Source of the DNA: the human T2T-CHM13v2.0 reference genome, Homo sapiens
Direction: 5' to 3' (one strand)
DNA length: 64,000 nt
Assembly (NCBI RefSeq): GCF_009914755.1
Contig: NC_060928.1
Shown: in pieces, positions 52,050 through 64,000 of the stretch
Layout: every line of letters begins with the position of its first letter
How positions within the stretch are numbered: position 1 is the first letter of the stretch
The notes under the pieces: model-generated
The model's input: the letters and a program-made list of their open reading frames with translations, nothing else
The model's database searches: none
Told to the model about the DNA's origin: nothing
Made by a program: the position numbers and the translations under genes

Positions 52050-54316
52050 CGTCTTAGTTCTGGCTCATATAAAAAATTACCATAACCTGGGAGATTTAAG
52101 CAACAGGAATTAATTTCTTACAGTTCTGGAGGCTGAAAGTCTGAGATCAAGGTTCCAAGCATCATCAGGAAATAGTGGGGGGCGCTTTCCTGAGTTGCAG
52201 CCTGCTATTTTCTTGTGTCTTCAGTGGCAGAGAGTGAGAACACTCTCTGGGGTCCCTTTTATGGCAGCACTATTCCCATTCATTAGGGCTTCACCCTCAT
52301 GATCTGGGAAACTGTGCCCAAATCTAATTACCTTCCAAAGACTCCACCTCTAATACCATCACCTTGAGGACTAGGATTTCAAAATTTACATTTTGAGAGG
52401 ACACAACATTCAGTCCAGTACTTTCTGCCCCTGATCTTTCAAAATTCATGTCCTTCTCACATGCAAAATATGTTCATTTCATCCCAACAGCTCTGAAAGT
52501 TTTAACTCATTCCAGCATGAACTCTAAAGTCTAAAGTCCAAAATCTTACCTAAACATCATCTAAATCAATGGTGATTTAATAAATGGGTGAGACTCAAGG
52601 TATAATTTATCCTGAGACAAAATTTTTCTCCAAATGAATTACATGCTTCCAAAATACAGTGGTGGCACAAGCATTGATAATCATCCTTATTCCAAAAGGC
52701 AGAATAGGAACAATGAAAGGATAAGAGGTTCTAGGTAAGTACTAAGCCTAGCAAAGCAAATTCCATGAGATCTTAAGGTTTGACAGTAATCTGCTTTGGC
52801 TCCATACCCTGCCTTCCAGCCCCACTGGAATGGCAGTTCCACCTTCAGATAAACTGGGGCAGAGGTCCTGCCTTCCAGAGCCACTGAAGTGGCAACGTCA
52901 CTCCCACAGCTCAGTGGGGCACTGCCCATGCTATCTCTTTCTGTAGTCATTTCATCCATGCCACAGCTCTTTGGGGTGGCCCCACCCAAGCCATGATTCT
53001 CTGTCATGGAAAAGGTAGCACCCCCAGGGCTCTGCATGGTGGCCCCCAGCCCCAGGGCTCTTCTGGATGTCATTTTTGTCCTTTGAAATCAAGGTGGAGG
53101 CGTCCTGCTCCCTATGCCTATGCATTTGGGGCTGTCTTCCCTTGTTTTTGAATGATAACATGTGTTTGCAGCTGAACAGCTCTATGGTCTGGTCCTAGGG
53201 TCTAAGAAGTCTGGCAGTCTTCCTCCATTTTGTCCTGTTTTCTCTAGTTCCTGCTGGCAATGTTTCTGCTATTGTAATCCAGTCTCCATTCCTGGCTTTT
53301 GCTGAGATGGTTGACCAAGTCTGTGGTTCACACCGTTAGTGTTCTCTTCTGAACACTGTTTCTGCATTTTTGTAATATGTACAGGCAAATAATTATCTAA
53401 ATCTTCAAGTTCTGGTTCCTTTTTTGATGATCAATAACATCTTCAATTCATCTTTCTTCTTCTTAGATTTTACGATAAGCAATCAGGAGAAATCAAACCA
53501 CTCCTTTAACACACTGCTTAGAAATGTCCTTGGCTAAATATACAATTTCATCACTCACAAGTTTGCCTTCCACAAAACACTAGCACATAAACATGATTCA
53601 GCCGTGTTCTTTGTCAGTTTATAGCAAGGATCGTCTTTCCTCCAGTTTCCAATAACGTGTTCTACATTTTCATCTGAGACATCATCAGAGTGGTCTCTAC
53701 CATTCTTATTTCTACCTATATTCTCTTCATGATTATTCAGATATGCCCTGAGAAGTTAGAGGCATTCTCTACAGCCCTCCTTTTTTCTTTCCGAGTTCTC
53801 AACAGAACTGTGTTTAAAATTTGTTTATGACAATCTAGGCTTTTCCTAGCATGCACCTCCAAACTCTTCCAGCTTTTACCCCTTACCCAATTCTAAAGTT
53901 ACTTCTAAGTTTTTAGGTATTTGTTACAGTAGCATCCCTACTTTTAGGTACCAATTTTTGTGTTAGTGAGTTCCAGTTGTTATGACAAACTACCATAGAC
54001 TATGGGACTAAACAATAGAAATTTATTTCTCATCATTCTGGAGGCTACAAGTCTGAGATCGGGGTGCCCGGATGGTTTGGTTCTGGTTAGAACTCTATTC
54101 TGGGTTTCAGACAGTCTTTTCCTGTATCCTGACATAAGATAACAAGGATGAGAAAACCTTCCAGATTTTTTTTTTTTTAAATAAGGGCACTACTCTCATT
54201 CATGAGGGCTCCACCCAGTTTCCTTCAGTTTCTTAATTACCTCTTAAAGCCATCACATTGGGATTTAGGATTTCCACGTATAAATTTAGGGGGACACAAA
54301 CATGCAGTCCATTTCA
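52050..54316 (-). mobile_element. Complete MaLR element: MLT1A/MLT1A0-like LTR (52050-~52421), internal region, second LTR (~53959-54316)
   Basis: Two related LTRs (ttctggaggct.aagtctgagatc; ggacaca.acat.cagtcca) flank MaLR internal sequence ending ggtaccaattt; TSD-like ggtgt (52045-49) / agtgt (54317-21). Confidence 0.87.
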
Positions 54317-54526
54317 AGTGTTTACCATATAGAGGAGTAATATTATGTATCTATTATATATGTATGTACCCATACAAAATATATATAGTAACATTTTTGC
54401 ACATTTTAAAATCTTATGTAAGCAATTATATTGTGTGTAATTGACTTATTTCATTTTACATTATATTTTATAGATTTGCTGATATTAATATATGTGGCTC
54501 TAATTTTCATTTTGTTTTCTTTTTTC

Positions 54527-54900
54527 AAGAATTAGGAGAAGTCTGAGATTTTATAATATTTGCAAGCTTGCAAGTCAGCCTGCTACAGTTTTATAGTTGT
54601 TGAAGACATAACACTCTTGGGTCAGAGACAAAGGATACTAATTTTCTCAATAGTAGCAGGGGTCAGAGTGTCTAACACATTTTCTTTTGCCTGAAGCCCC
54701 AGTACTCATGGAAAAATTCAAAGAGGTCCAGGTGACTCCTGGGCATGCAGAGAATTGTGTTACAGGAGAGAAACACTGAACTATAGGGAACCTGAGTGTT
54801 TTCAACTGGACAGTAATCATGTGTAACATTTTTCTATCTTCTAAGACTGTTCGCTGCACAAAAATCCTTAAAAAAAATAATATGAATCAGTGGCAGTCAG
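54527..54900 (-). mobile_element. ERVL LTR (MER54/MER74/LTR53-like)
   Basis: tctgagattttata...ttgcaagc...gtcagcctgctacag...tgggtcagagacaaagga; family from recall. Confidence 0.55.
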
Positions 54901-55068
54901 TGTCTTTTTCTCAGAAACATGAAGAAATATGAGAAACCCATAGAGAATTACCTCTTTATGGATATTGGTTGCATGATAAAATCTGATTCAATAAAGCTGT
55001 TGCTAATTTTATTAACAATTTATTACTTATATTTATGTAAAATGCTACAGTAAACAGACTTGTGCAAA

Positions 55069-55298
55069 TCTTGAACATATACATGTATATATATGAAATA
55101 TATAAACCTTATATACTAATATAGGGAATATAATATATACAAGATAATATATATCTTATAATATATAAGATGTATGTATTTCATATAATATATGAATTTA
55201 CATAAATATATATAAATTGAACATATATGTATGTTCAAGAGAAGCATGTGTGCGTGTATACATATATATATATATATGTATACACGCACACACATATA
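55069..55298. repeat. AT-rich low-complexity region with a perfect 46-bp palindrome (55247-55292)
   Basis: Direct observation. Confidence 0.9.
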
Positions 55299-55853
55299 GA
55301 ATCGAAATGATTCTGCCTTTTTAATATGATCTTGGGTGTTCTGTTTGTTTTTTGTTGCTATTGTATTTTTTTATTCTGTTTTTCTTTTTATATATTGAAT
55401 TTATGTTCACCACCTTGTTGATGTCTTACATAATATCTATTTTTTGTCAATAGATATTTTCAATTATTATCACAACCCCTTAAGCCCTAGAAAAGAGTCA
55501 CTCAGCAGATATTGTACCTAACAGTAATCATGAAAACTGCCTCATGAGGAAAGAATTTTATTGTCAAATAAGATGAGAACAGGCTATATTATTTATTTTA
55601 TAAAGTTTACAGTGCACATAAGCATATAAAGCTTTAAGAAACTTTGATTAAAAACATGGTTTAATTTTATTTTCTATTGTTTTTCTTTTATTTTCTATTG
55701 TTTCTCAAATTTTATTTTCTATTATTCTTTGAAATCTTTTCTCTAAAACAACTACATCTTCCCATGTAACTAATTTTTACACTGTGTATTTTGGAAAATA
55801 GTTTATTAAATAATTTCATTTTGAGATTTTTGTGATTAAAGTCCATCTTTGGG

Positions 55854-55960
55854 GTGTGCATGTGTGTGTGTATGCGTGTACATATAGATACACGTATATA
55901 CATATATATGTTACATGCACACATCATATACACACACACACACACACACACACTCATACA
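55854..55960. repeat. Composite (TG)n/(TA)n/(CA)n microsatellite
   Basis: Direct observation. Confidence 0.9.
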
Positions 55961-57467
55961 CATTGGTGATACATTACCTCCAGAGAAAAGTTACACTTTT
56001 AAAGGCTTTCATTTTAGCTTCAATAGGAAAGAAAGGCTAAATCCTTTTACTAAGTAGCCATTTATAGAACGTTAGTTTCAATCAAGGAGAATGAAAAGAA
56101 ATAGAGCAAAGCCTTATAACAAGAAAGCACTCATTTCCTTTACCTCAGATTCCCAAACACATTGGCAAAGATGAAAACAACTTTCCTGCTGATGCTATTA
56201 TCTATGATAGCCATCCTTTCCTCCTCACAATGAGGGCCTGGAAGAACAATCTGTCCTCCGGGCGGCAGAGGCAATACAAAATGGGCAGGTGAAGAATTTC
56301 AGCATACGAACAATAAAAAATATAGATGGCTGGACAATCACCAACAACAAACAAGCCAAAAAAAAAAAAACAAATTTCATTGCTTGTGTTTGTTTCAACT
56401 TCGCCAGTTCTTTCTCTATTTTCTTAGAGTTCCTATAGAGATGAGGAATTCACACAAAATGATCCTTTTCTAAGCTACACAGAAACAAAACAGATTTGAA
56501 AACAAAGAAAAAGAAGAGAGAATTTAATTTAAACTTGTGATGATGGGAAGTCAAACAAAGTTTCTTTTCTTTTGCTTGTATGATTACTTGGAATGAGGGT
56601 AATTTTGTTAAACATACTTTTCTTCCAATAGCTCTTAGGAAAAAGCCTTGCACTTAATGTTCTATTCCAAGGTTTGAATGATGAAATGTTGTAAAAAAAA
56701 AAAAATTCTGGGGAGAGCTTTTTTATTTTGCAAGTGCTATTTTATAGAAAACACACCGTTTTTATATTTTTTAAATAAGTAATCTTTTAAATTATAAAAG
56801 TTATATAAATTTGAAAGAAATTTATAACTTACTGCAAGGTACACAGAAATCTTTAAGATTTCCTCTGATTCTACCACCCAGAGTAAAAGACACTACTGAT
56901 ATCTATAATGTGTGTGTGTGTGTATAGATACATAACTCTATAGTATTCTACTACATGAAATTTCTACTTCGAGGTATTCATATTGCCACAATTTTATTAA
57001 AGCTATTTTTATTGAGGTAAAATATACTTATATAATTTACCATCTTTACCATTTTTAAGTGTACATTTCAGCAACAACAAATACATTTATGTATTTTTTC
57101 CTACATCCTCCTCCTTTTCTGGCCTCTGGTAAAAGACTACTGAAAATTATGCTGCAAATATAAGTTTAAATATAAATAAAAATAGTATACACTCATTACT
57201 TCCTCCTGAAATATACCAGCAACTGGAATCGTTTAGATATATAGATGTAAGTAAACTTACGACATTTGATGTGGCAAAAAAAAATGGAGGACATAATTTT
57301 TCAATTTATTTTACATTGAAGTGAAGAAAATAATAGGTGAAATTATAAAGCATAATAAATACAGACATCTTGGATACTGAGAAATAGTCAAACTAGTATC
57401 ACTTTAATTTTTTCATGTACTTGTATTTATTAATTGGAAGAAACAATTTTAAGTTATGTTCTCTAAT

Positions 57468-57533
57468 GTGGGATCTTACTATGATCTTCATAAATTGTAA
57501 GTGGGATCTTACTATGATCTTCATAAATTGTAA
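57468..57533. repeat. Perfect 33-bp tandem duplication
   Basis: gtgggatcttactatgatcttcataaattgtaa x2 with no mismatch. Confidence 0.95.
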
Positions 57534-57989
57534 GAAAGAGAAACAAGAACATGCATAATGAAAAGATCTTTCCTTTTATTTCTACTTAACATAAAAAGGA
57601 GGTAAGGCACACATTTTCATATTGCCTAGTTTAAAGGCTTTAATCTAAACTTCAAAATGAACATTTGAATAACCTAGAATGCTCAAATAATTGATTTATC
57701 TCCTTTATCGTTTTGCTGGGTATTCATTACTTTAAATACATTCTTATAGTTACGTAGGAATTCTAGTTCTGCTTCTGAAGCTTGAACACTCAACCTTTTG
57801 GGCACTACTAGTGGTCCTTCCAGTTACATCCTGAGCAATTTACCTCTTGCTCCAAGCATGCCCTCCAAAAGTCTAAATTTTATACAACAGGGGATGAATC
57901 ACAGATAGAATGCATCCCAGTGTGGAAGAACATCTTCCGTAGAAGTAAACCTGTCACTAGTATGTCTGTATAGTTTACAAACTGCAGTG

Positions 57990-58740
57990 GAAAATGCCCA
58001 CAATTTCATCAGACAGACCTGGCTTTGAGCATTGTCACTATCTTTCATCATTATCCTGTTATCTTTGACCCACTAATTATCACCAGTGAGCTTCAATTTT
58101 TCCATCTAAAGAAATGGAGATAATTTGCCCTTGAAGGCATGTATATCTAATGTGCCTAACACGAGTCATTGCTCACTGAATATGGCTTCCCTAAAATTGT
58201 CTTATGTATGATTTGCTCAATTTTATTCTTAAAACAATCTTGTGAGATAGTCCCTACTCTTACTATCATTAAAATTTTGTTGTGTAGCCAATTAAGAAAT
58301 CAATTAATATGAATTAAAAAATGGAGAGGCCATGATACAAGATCTGGTGGTCCATTCAGATGTGAGATTGAACCTAAGAAATTGGAAATTATCATCCCTA
58401 ACAGACTGTAAATATTATAAACCCTGTCCATGTATAATAATATGACCAGAAAAACAAAACAAAACAGAAAAACCATAAGATAAAGGGAAGAGATGTGGGA
58501 CAATAGATGATAATTCTAATTACCATATGTCTCATAGTAAAATGAGTTAATTCAGATTGTCAAATTTGAAGCATAGAGATTTAAAAAATTTGCCATTCTT
58601 AAAAAATAATTATTATGTAGATGAGTAAATTGAGGCTCAGAAATAAAATGACTTACCCAAAGAATCAAAACTCTTAGATTGAAAGTCACACTCAAAACTT
58701 AGCTATATAACCTCAGGTAGTATGTTTTTTACTATGGAAT
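57990..58740. mobile_element. Cluster of MIR SINE remnants in both orientations
   Basis: cagacagacctggctttga, gagcttcaatttttccatct..aaatggagataat, aacaatcttgtgagatag, tagatgagtaaattgaggctcaga. Confidence 0.7.
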
Positions 58741-59999
58741 ATTGCAAAAAATGCCATTGGAAAGCATAATTCATTTTGGCATTTGTGATAAATTGATGAA
58801 TATTATGTCCAATTATTATGTTGAGGACATGCTGGGGGTGAAGTTTCCCCATGGTTAATTACAGATGCTGTTGTGCCAGGCTGCAGGCCTAAAACATGGA
58901 GAGTCTCCTGGAGCAGAGGTTTTTACAAAAACCACCACGTAGAACCACTTTAAATGATTACATTTTTTTCCTTTGCTGCTGTCCCATTTTCCAATTAGTT
59001 TCGCTGGATACGTGCCCCTTTCCCCTCTAGACCAATCTGTCCCTGGCCACTGGGCCAGGAATAGATAACATGAGAAGCTAATTCTATTTTAGCTAACAAA
59101 TCCTTATTTCCAAGTCCTTACTCTCAATTAGTTTTGAGTTTGTGGAACTGGGTAAATATAAGCTTGACAAATGTTCACGAATAACTGTAAATCACTGTTG
59201 CATTTAACTAGTGATAAATCTGAATTTTTAAATGACCGGATGGTTAAGAGGAACATGAGGTTAGTGAAGAAGTTTCAGTTGGCACAAGGCATTGGCAACA
59301 TGCTCAATATAAAGGCAAACAAGGGTCATATTTAAATAAGTTTAATACTTTTATTTTACTTTGTTTCAACTAAGCTGTAGAACTGAAGGAAAAAGTTCAC
59401 AGATATTTAAGATTGAGTATAAAGGCACTCAGGTGAGAGATTATCAAATCGAGAGATGTCTGCTCAAATGTAGGTACTTACTAAAATAATTCCTGGGGTT
59501 ATTGTGGAAAATGACAAAGTGATTATCTTTAAAAAATCAACTATTTTAGAGAGACATTTTCCATTATTACTGTAGCGGGATTGAGCTTAACCTTGTGGAA
59601 AAACAGTAAGTGAGGGGTCAGAAATGTCTACAATTTGGGGATTGACATGAACTGTGTCAACGTGTTCAATTTTGGAACAGACATCTCATCTAAAATTTCT
59701 GAGACTGGATTTTTTGCCATTTGAAAATGGAAATTATATATACGGCTTCACATATGGATTATTATTTATGAGTTTTAGACCCCACTAGTATGTACAAGTC
59801 ATTGATCCTCACATATTTTCATTACTTCCTTATTGTCTCACTCCTCTCTATAAATAGCTGAAATTCCAAAACCTCACTTTTGCCTTAGGTTCCCTGTCTA
59901 ATACACGGGTGCTGGACAAATCTGCATTTGAAATGTAATCTCATCTCCTATAACTACACCTGTGCATTCAAATATGATAGGAGAAAAACACACATCCAT

Positions 60000-60410
60000 C
60001 ATTTTAGTCCATTTGTTTTGCTATAAAGGAATACCTGAGGCTGGGCAATTTATAAAGAAAATAGGTTTATTTGGCTCACGATTGTGCAGGCTGTACAGGA
60101 AGCATGGCATCAACATCTTCTGGTGATTGCATTAGGAAGCTTTCATTCATAGCGGAAGGTGAAAGGGAGCAGGCATCACATGGCAATGGAGGAAGGAAGA
60201 CAGACGAAGAGTTTCCAGACTCTTTTCAACAACCTGTTCTCACAGTAACTAAGTATAAGAACTCAATCACTCCAGTAGGAATGGTACAGAGCCATACAGG
60301 AGATATCCACCCCATGATTCAAAAACCTCCCACCAGGTCCCAACTTCAGCACTCGGGATCAAAGTTCACATGAAACATAGTGGGGCCAAAAAACAATATC
60401 TGAGCCACAG
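60000..60410 (-). mobile_element. MaLR solo LTR, MSTB-like
   Basis: ttagtccatttgttttgctataaaggaatacctgaggctggg...acctcccaccaggtccc. Confidence 0.88.
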
Positions 60411-60419
60411 CAGGCATGC

Positions 60420-61165
60420 TGACTATTGTGCTTTAAATGTAGGACATCTGACTTCAAATTGGCCATTATTGCTTTCCAGTAATTTTAGTACAAGCCTCTA
60501 TCTAGTCCACTCACTCTCCTCCTCTCATGGATGATGATTTTACATGTTCCTCTTCTCAAAACCCTAAGATTTGAAGTCCTATCTTCACTCTTACGAGATG
60601 ACCTGAAATCCAGTTGACTCATAAAATACAATAGAAGAGATTCCCACAACCTTCCACCATTGCATCCACAGTTCTACGAGCACCTGTGCCCACATGACCT
60701 GCCTCCAATTCCATTGCTATTTACTAAAACTTCGCATCCTTCTCTGGACATTATCCTTTTTCTCCTCCCTTTCCTAAAATAGTTGCTATTACTCACTGAT
60801 TCCAGTTACTCCCTCCCCCAAATTTACTCTTGAACCTTTTCCTGGATATTGTTGCTGAATTGGCTCTTGCAAAATCATCAATAATTTTCACGTTGGTAAA
60901 TGAAATGATTCATTCTCAACTTACTTGAACCTTCATTAACATTCTTATGTTTGACTATGTCCTCCTTCTTGAAATATTTTTCTCTCACTGATTTCAGGAA
61001 ATTTACTCTGTTTATTGCTCCTGTTATACGACCCCTCATTCTCAGCTCTTTTTGCTTGTTCTTTTTCTTCCTCAATACACTAGCACTGATGTGTCCCAAG
61101 GCTCAGTTCTCAGATCTCTTTCTCTACCCAATTTCCCTTCTGTAGTAATCTCCTCTTACCCAAAG
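60420..61165 (+). mobile_element. L2 LINE fragment
   Basis: gtgtcccaaggctcagttctcagatctctt = L2 RT (GVPQGSVLGPLLF-like) and other pyrimidine-rich L2 motifs. Confidence 0.7.
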
Positions 61166-61194
61166 CTTTTTTTTTAATGTATGTCAAATCCTTT

Positions 61195-64000
61195 TCTCAA
61201 TTTAATTTAATTTTAAGTTCTGTATTACATGTGCAGGACGTGCAGGTATGTTACATAGGTAAACATGTGCCATTGTGGTTTGCTGCACCTATCAACCCAT
61301 CACCTAAGTATTAAGTCCCACATCCATTAGCTATTTGTCCTGATGCCTTCCCTCCCCCTCTCCTCTGACAGGCCCCAGTGTGTTGTTCCCCTCCCTGTGT
61401 CCATATGTTCTCATTGTTCAGCTCCCACTTAAAAGTGAGAACATGCGGTGTTTGATTTTCTGTTCCTGTGTTAGTTTGCTGAGGATAATGGCTTCCAGCT
61501 CCATTCATGTCCCTGCAAAGGACATGACCTCATTCCTTTTAAAGGCTGTATAGTATTTCATGGTGTATATGTACCACATTTTCTTTATCCACTCCATCAT
61601 TGGTGGGCATTTGGGTTGATTCCATGGCTTGGCTATTGTGAATAGTGCTGCAATGAACATACATGTGCATGTATATTTATAATAGAATGATTTATATTTC
61701 TTTGGGTATATACCCAGTAATGGAATTGCTAGGTCAAATGGTAGTTCTGGTTACAGGTCTTTGAGGATTTGCCACACTGTCTTCCACAATGGTTGAACTA
61801 ATTTACATTCCCACTGACAGTGTCAAAGTGTTCTTATTTCTCCACAGCCTCGCCAGCATCTGTTGTTTCTTGACCTTTTAATACTCGCCATTCTGACTGG
61901 TGTGAGATGGCATCTCATTGTGGTTTTGATTTGCATTTCTATAAAGATCAGTAATGCTGAGCTTTTTTTCATATGTTTATTGGCCGCATAAATGTCTTCT
62001 TTTGAGAAGTGTCTGTTCATGTCCTTTGCCCACTTTCTAAAGTTTGTGTGTGCATGTAAATTTGTTTAAGTTCCTTGTAGATTCTGGATATTAGACCTTT
62101 GTCAGGTAGATAGACTGCAGAAAATTTCCTCCATTCTATAGGTTGTCTGTTCACTCTGATGATAGTTTCTTTTGCTGTGCAGAAGTTCTTTAGTCTAATT
62201 AGATATACCATTTGTCAATTTTTGCTTTTGTTACAATTGCTTTTGATGTTTTTGTCATGAAATCTTTGCCCATGCCTATGTCCTGAATGGGATTGCCTAG
62301 ACTTTCTTCAAGGGTTTTTATAGTTTTGGGTTTTACATTTAAGTCATTAATCCATGTTGAGTTAATTTTTGTATAAGGTGTAAGGAAGGGGTCCAGTTTT
62401 AATTTTCTGCATATGGCTAGCCAGTTTTCCCAGCTTCATTTATTAAGTATGGAATCTTTTCCCTATTGCTTGTTTTTGTTGGGATTGTCAAAGATCAGAT
62501 GGTTGTAGATGTGCAGTCTTATTTCTGAGATCTCTATTCTGTTCCATTGGTCTTTGTGTCTCTTTTGTACCAGTACCATGCTGTTTTGGTTACTGTAGCC
62601 TTGTAGTATACTTTGAAGTTGGGTAGCATAATGTCTACAGCTCATTCTTTTTGCTTAGGATTATCTTGGCTATATGCACTCTTTTATGGTTCCATATGAA
62701 CTTTAAAGTATTCTTTTCTAATTTTGTGAAGAATGTCAATGGTAGTTTAATGGGAATAGAATTGAATCTATCAATTACTTTGGGCAGTATGGCCATTTCC
62801 ATGACATTGATTCTTTCCATGGGCATAGAATGTTTTTCCATTTGTTCATGCCCTCTCTGATTTCCTTGAGCAGTGGTTTGTAATTCTCCTTGAAGAGGTT
62901 CTTCACTTCTGTTGTTAGCTGTATTCCTAGGTATTTTATTATCTTTGTGGCAATTGTGAATAGAAGCTCATTCATGATTTGGCTCTCTGCTTGTCTATTG
63001 TTGGTGTATATGAATGCCTGTGATTTTTCCACGTAGATTTTGTATCCTGAGACTGCTGAAGTTGCTTATCAGCTTAAGAAGCTTTTGGGCTGAGACAATG
63101 AGATTTTCTAGATATACAATAATGTCATCTGTAAATAGAGTTTGGCTTCCTTTCTTTCTATTTGAATACGCTTTATTTCTTTCTCTTGCCAATTGCCCTG
63201 GCTAGAACTTCCAATACTATGTTGAATAAGAGTGATGAGAAGGGGCATCCTTGTTTTGTGCCAGATTTTATGCGGAATGCCTCTTGCTTTTGCTTATTCA
63301 GTTTGATATTTGGTGTGGGTTTGTCGTAAATGGCTCTTATTATTTTGAGTTATGTTCCGTCAATATCTAGTTTACTGATAGCTTTTAACATGAAAGGATG
63401 TTGAATCTTATTGCAGGTCTTTTCTGTGTCTATTGAGATAATCGTGGTTTTTGTCTTTAGTTCGGTTTATGTGATGAATTACATTTATTGAGCTGCATAT
63501 GTTAAACCAGCCTTGCATCCTGGGGATGAAGCTGACTTGATTGTGGTGGATAAGGTTTTTGATGTGCTGCTGGATTTGGTTTGCCAGTATTTTATTGAGG
63601 AATTTTGTACTGATTTTCATCAGGGATATTGGCCTGAAGTTTTCTTTTTTTTGTTGTTGTATCTCTGCAAGGTTTTGGTATCAGGATGATGCTGGCCTCA
63701 TAAAGTGAATTAGGGAGAAGTCCCTCCTTTTCAATTGTTTGGAATAGTTTCAGAAGAAATGATACCAACTCCTCTTTGTAACTTTCATAGAATTCAGTTG
63801 TAAGACTGTCTGGTCCTGGTCCTGGTCCTGGGCCTTTTTTTGTTTTGTTTTGTTTTTTTTTGGTTGGTAGGGTATTTACTGCCTCAGTTTCAGAACTTGT
63901 TATTGGTTTATTCAGGGATTCAACTTTTTTTTTGATTCAACCTTAGAAGGCTGTATGTGTCCAGGAATTTATCCATTTTTTCTACATCTTCTAGTTTATT
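61195..64000 (-). mobile_element. L1PA (approx. L1PA8-L1PA11) 3' half, continuing past the window end
   Basis: 3'UTR acatgtgcaggacgtgcagg...gctgcacctatcaaccc; ORF2 peptides [19 protein letters not shown]..., KMAILPKVI-like, [19 protein letters not shown]; frameshifts and stops. Confidence 0.96.

Noticed and set aside
61195-64000. Potentially active L1
   Set aside because: ORF2 is broken into several frames with stops, and the 3'UTR is of an older L1PA type.

Overview
AT-rich, repeat-dominated, apparently non-coding primate genomic DNA. AluJ, AluS and AluY plus L1PA point to a catarrhine/hominoid, possibly human. I can support no intact protein-coding gene, RNA gene or CRISPR array. Almost all ORFs in the track are pieces of decayed L1 ORF1/ORF2, Alu, MaLR or ERV sequence, or chance ORFs. 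The window holds five large L1 remnants, five Alus, several ERV1/ERVL/MaLR LTRs, an ERVL provirus remnant, a complete MLT1A-type MaLR element with TSD, and Tigger/MER DNA transposons. The most unusual structure is an old inverted duplication with ~630-730 bp arms (17.42-18.05 kb vs 20.93-21.66 kb). It copies the 5' junction of an L1MC element plus its upstream flank and is inserted into that same L1, directly downstream of a solo ERV1 LTR. Several smaller template-switch/fold-back scars occur nearby. I found no convincing new gene system. Repeat subfamily names come from recalled consensus sequences and need RepeatMasker/Dfam confirmation; many boundaries are approximate.
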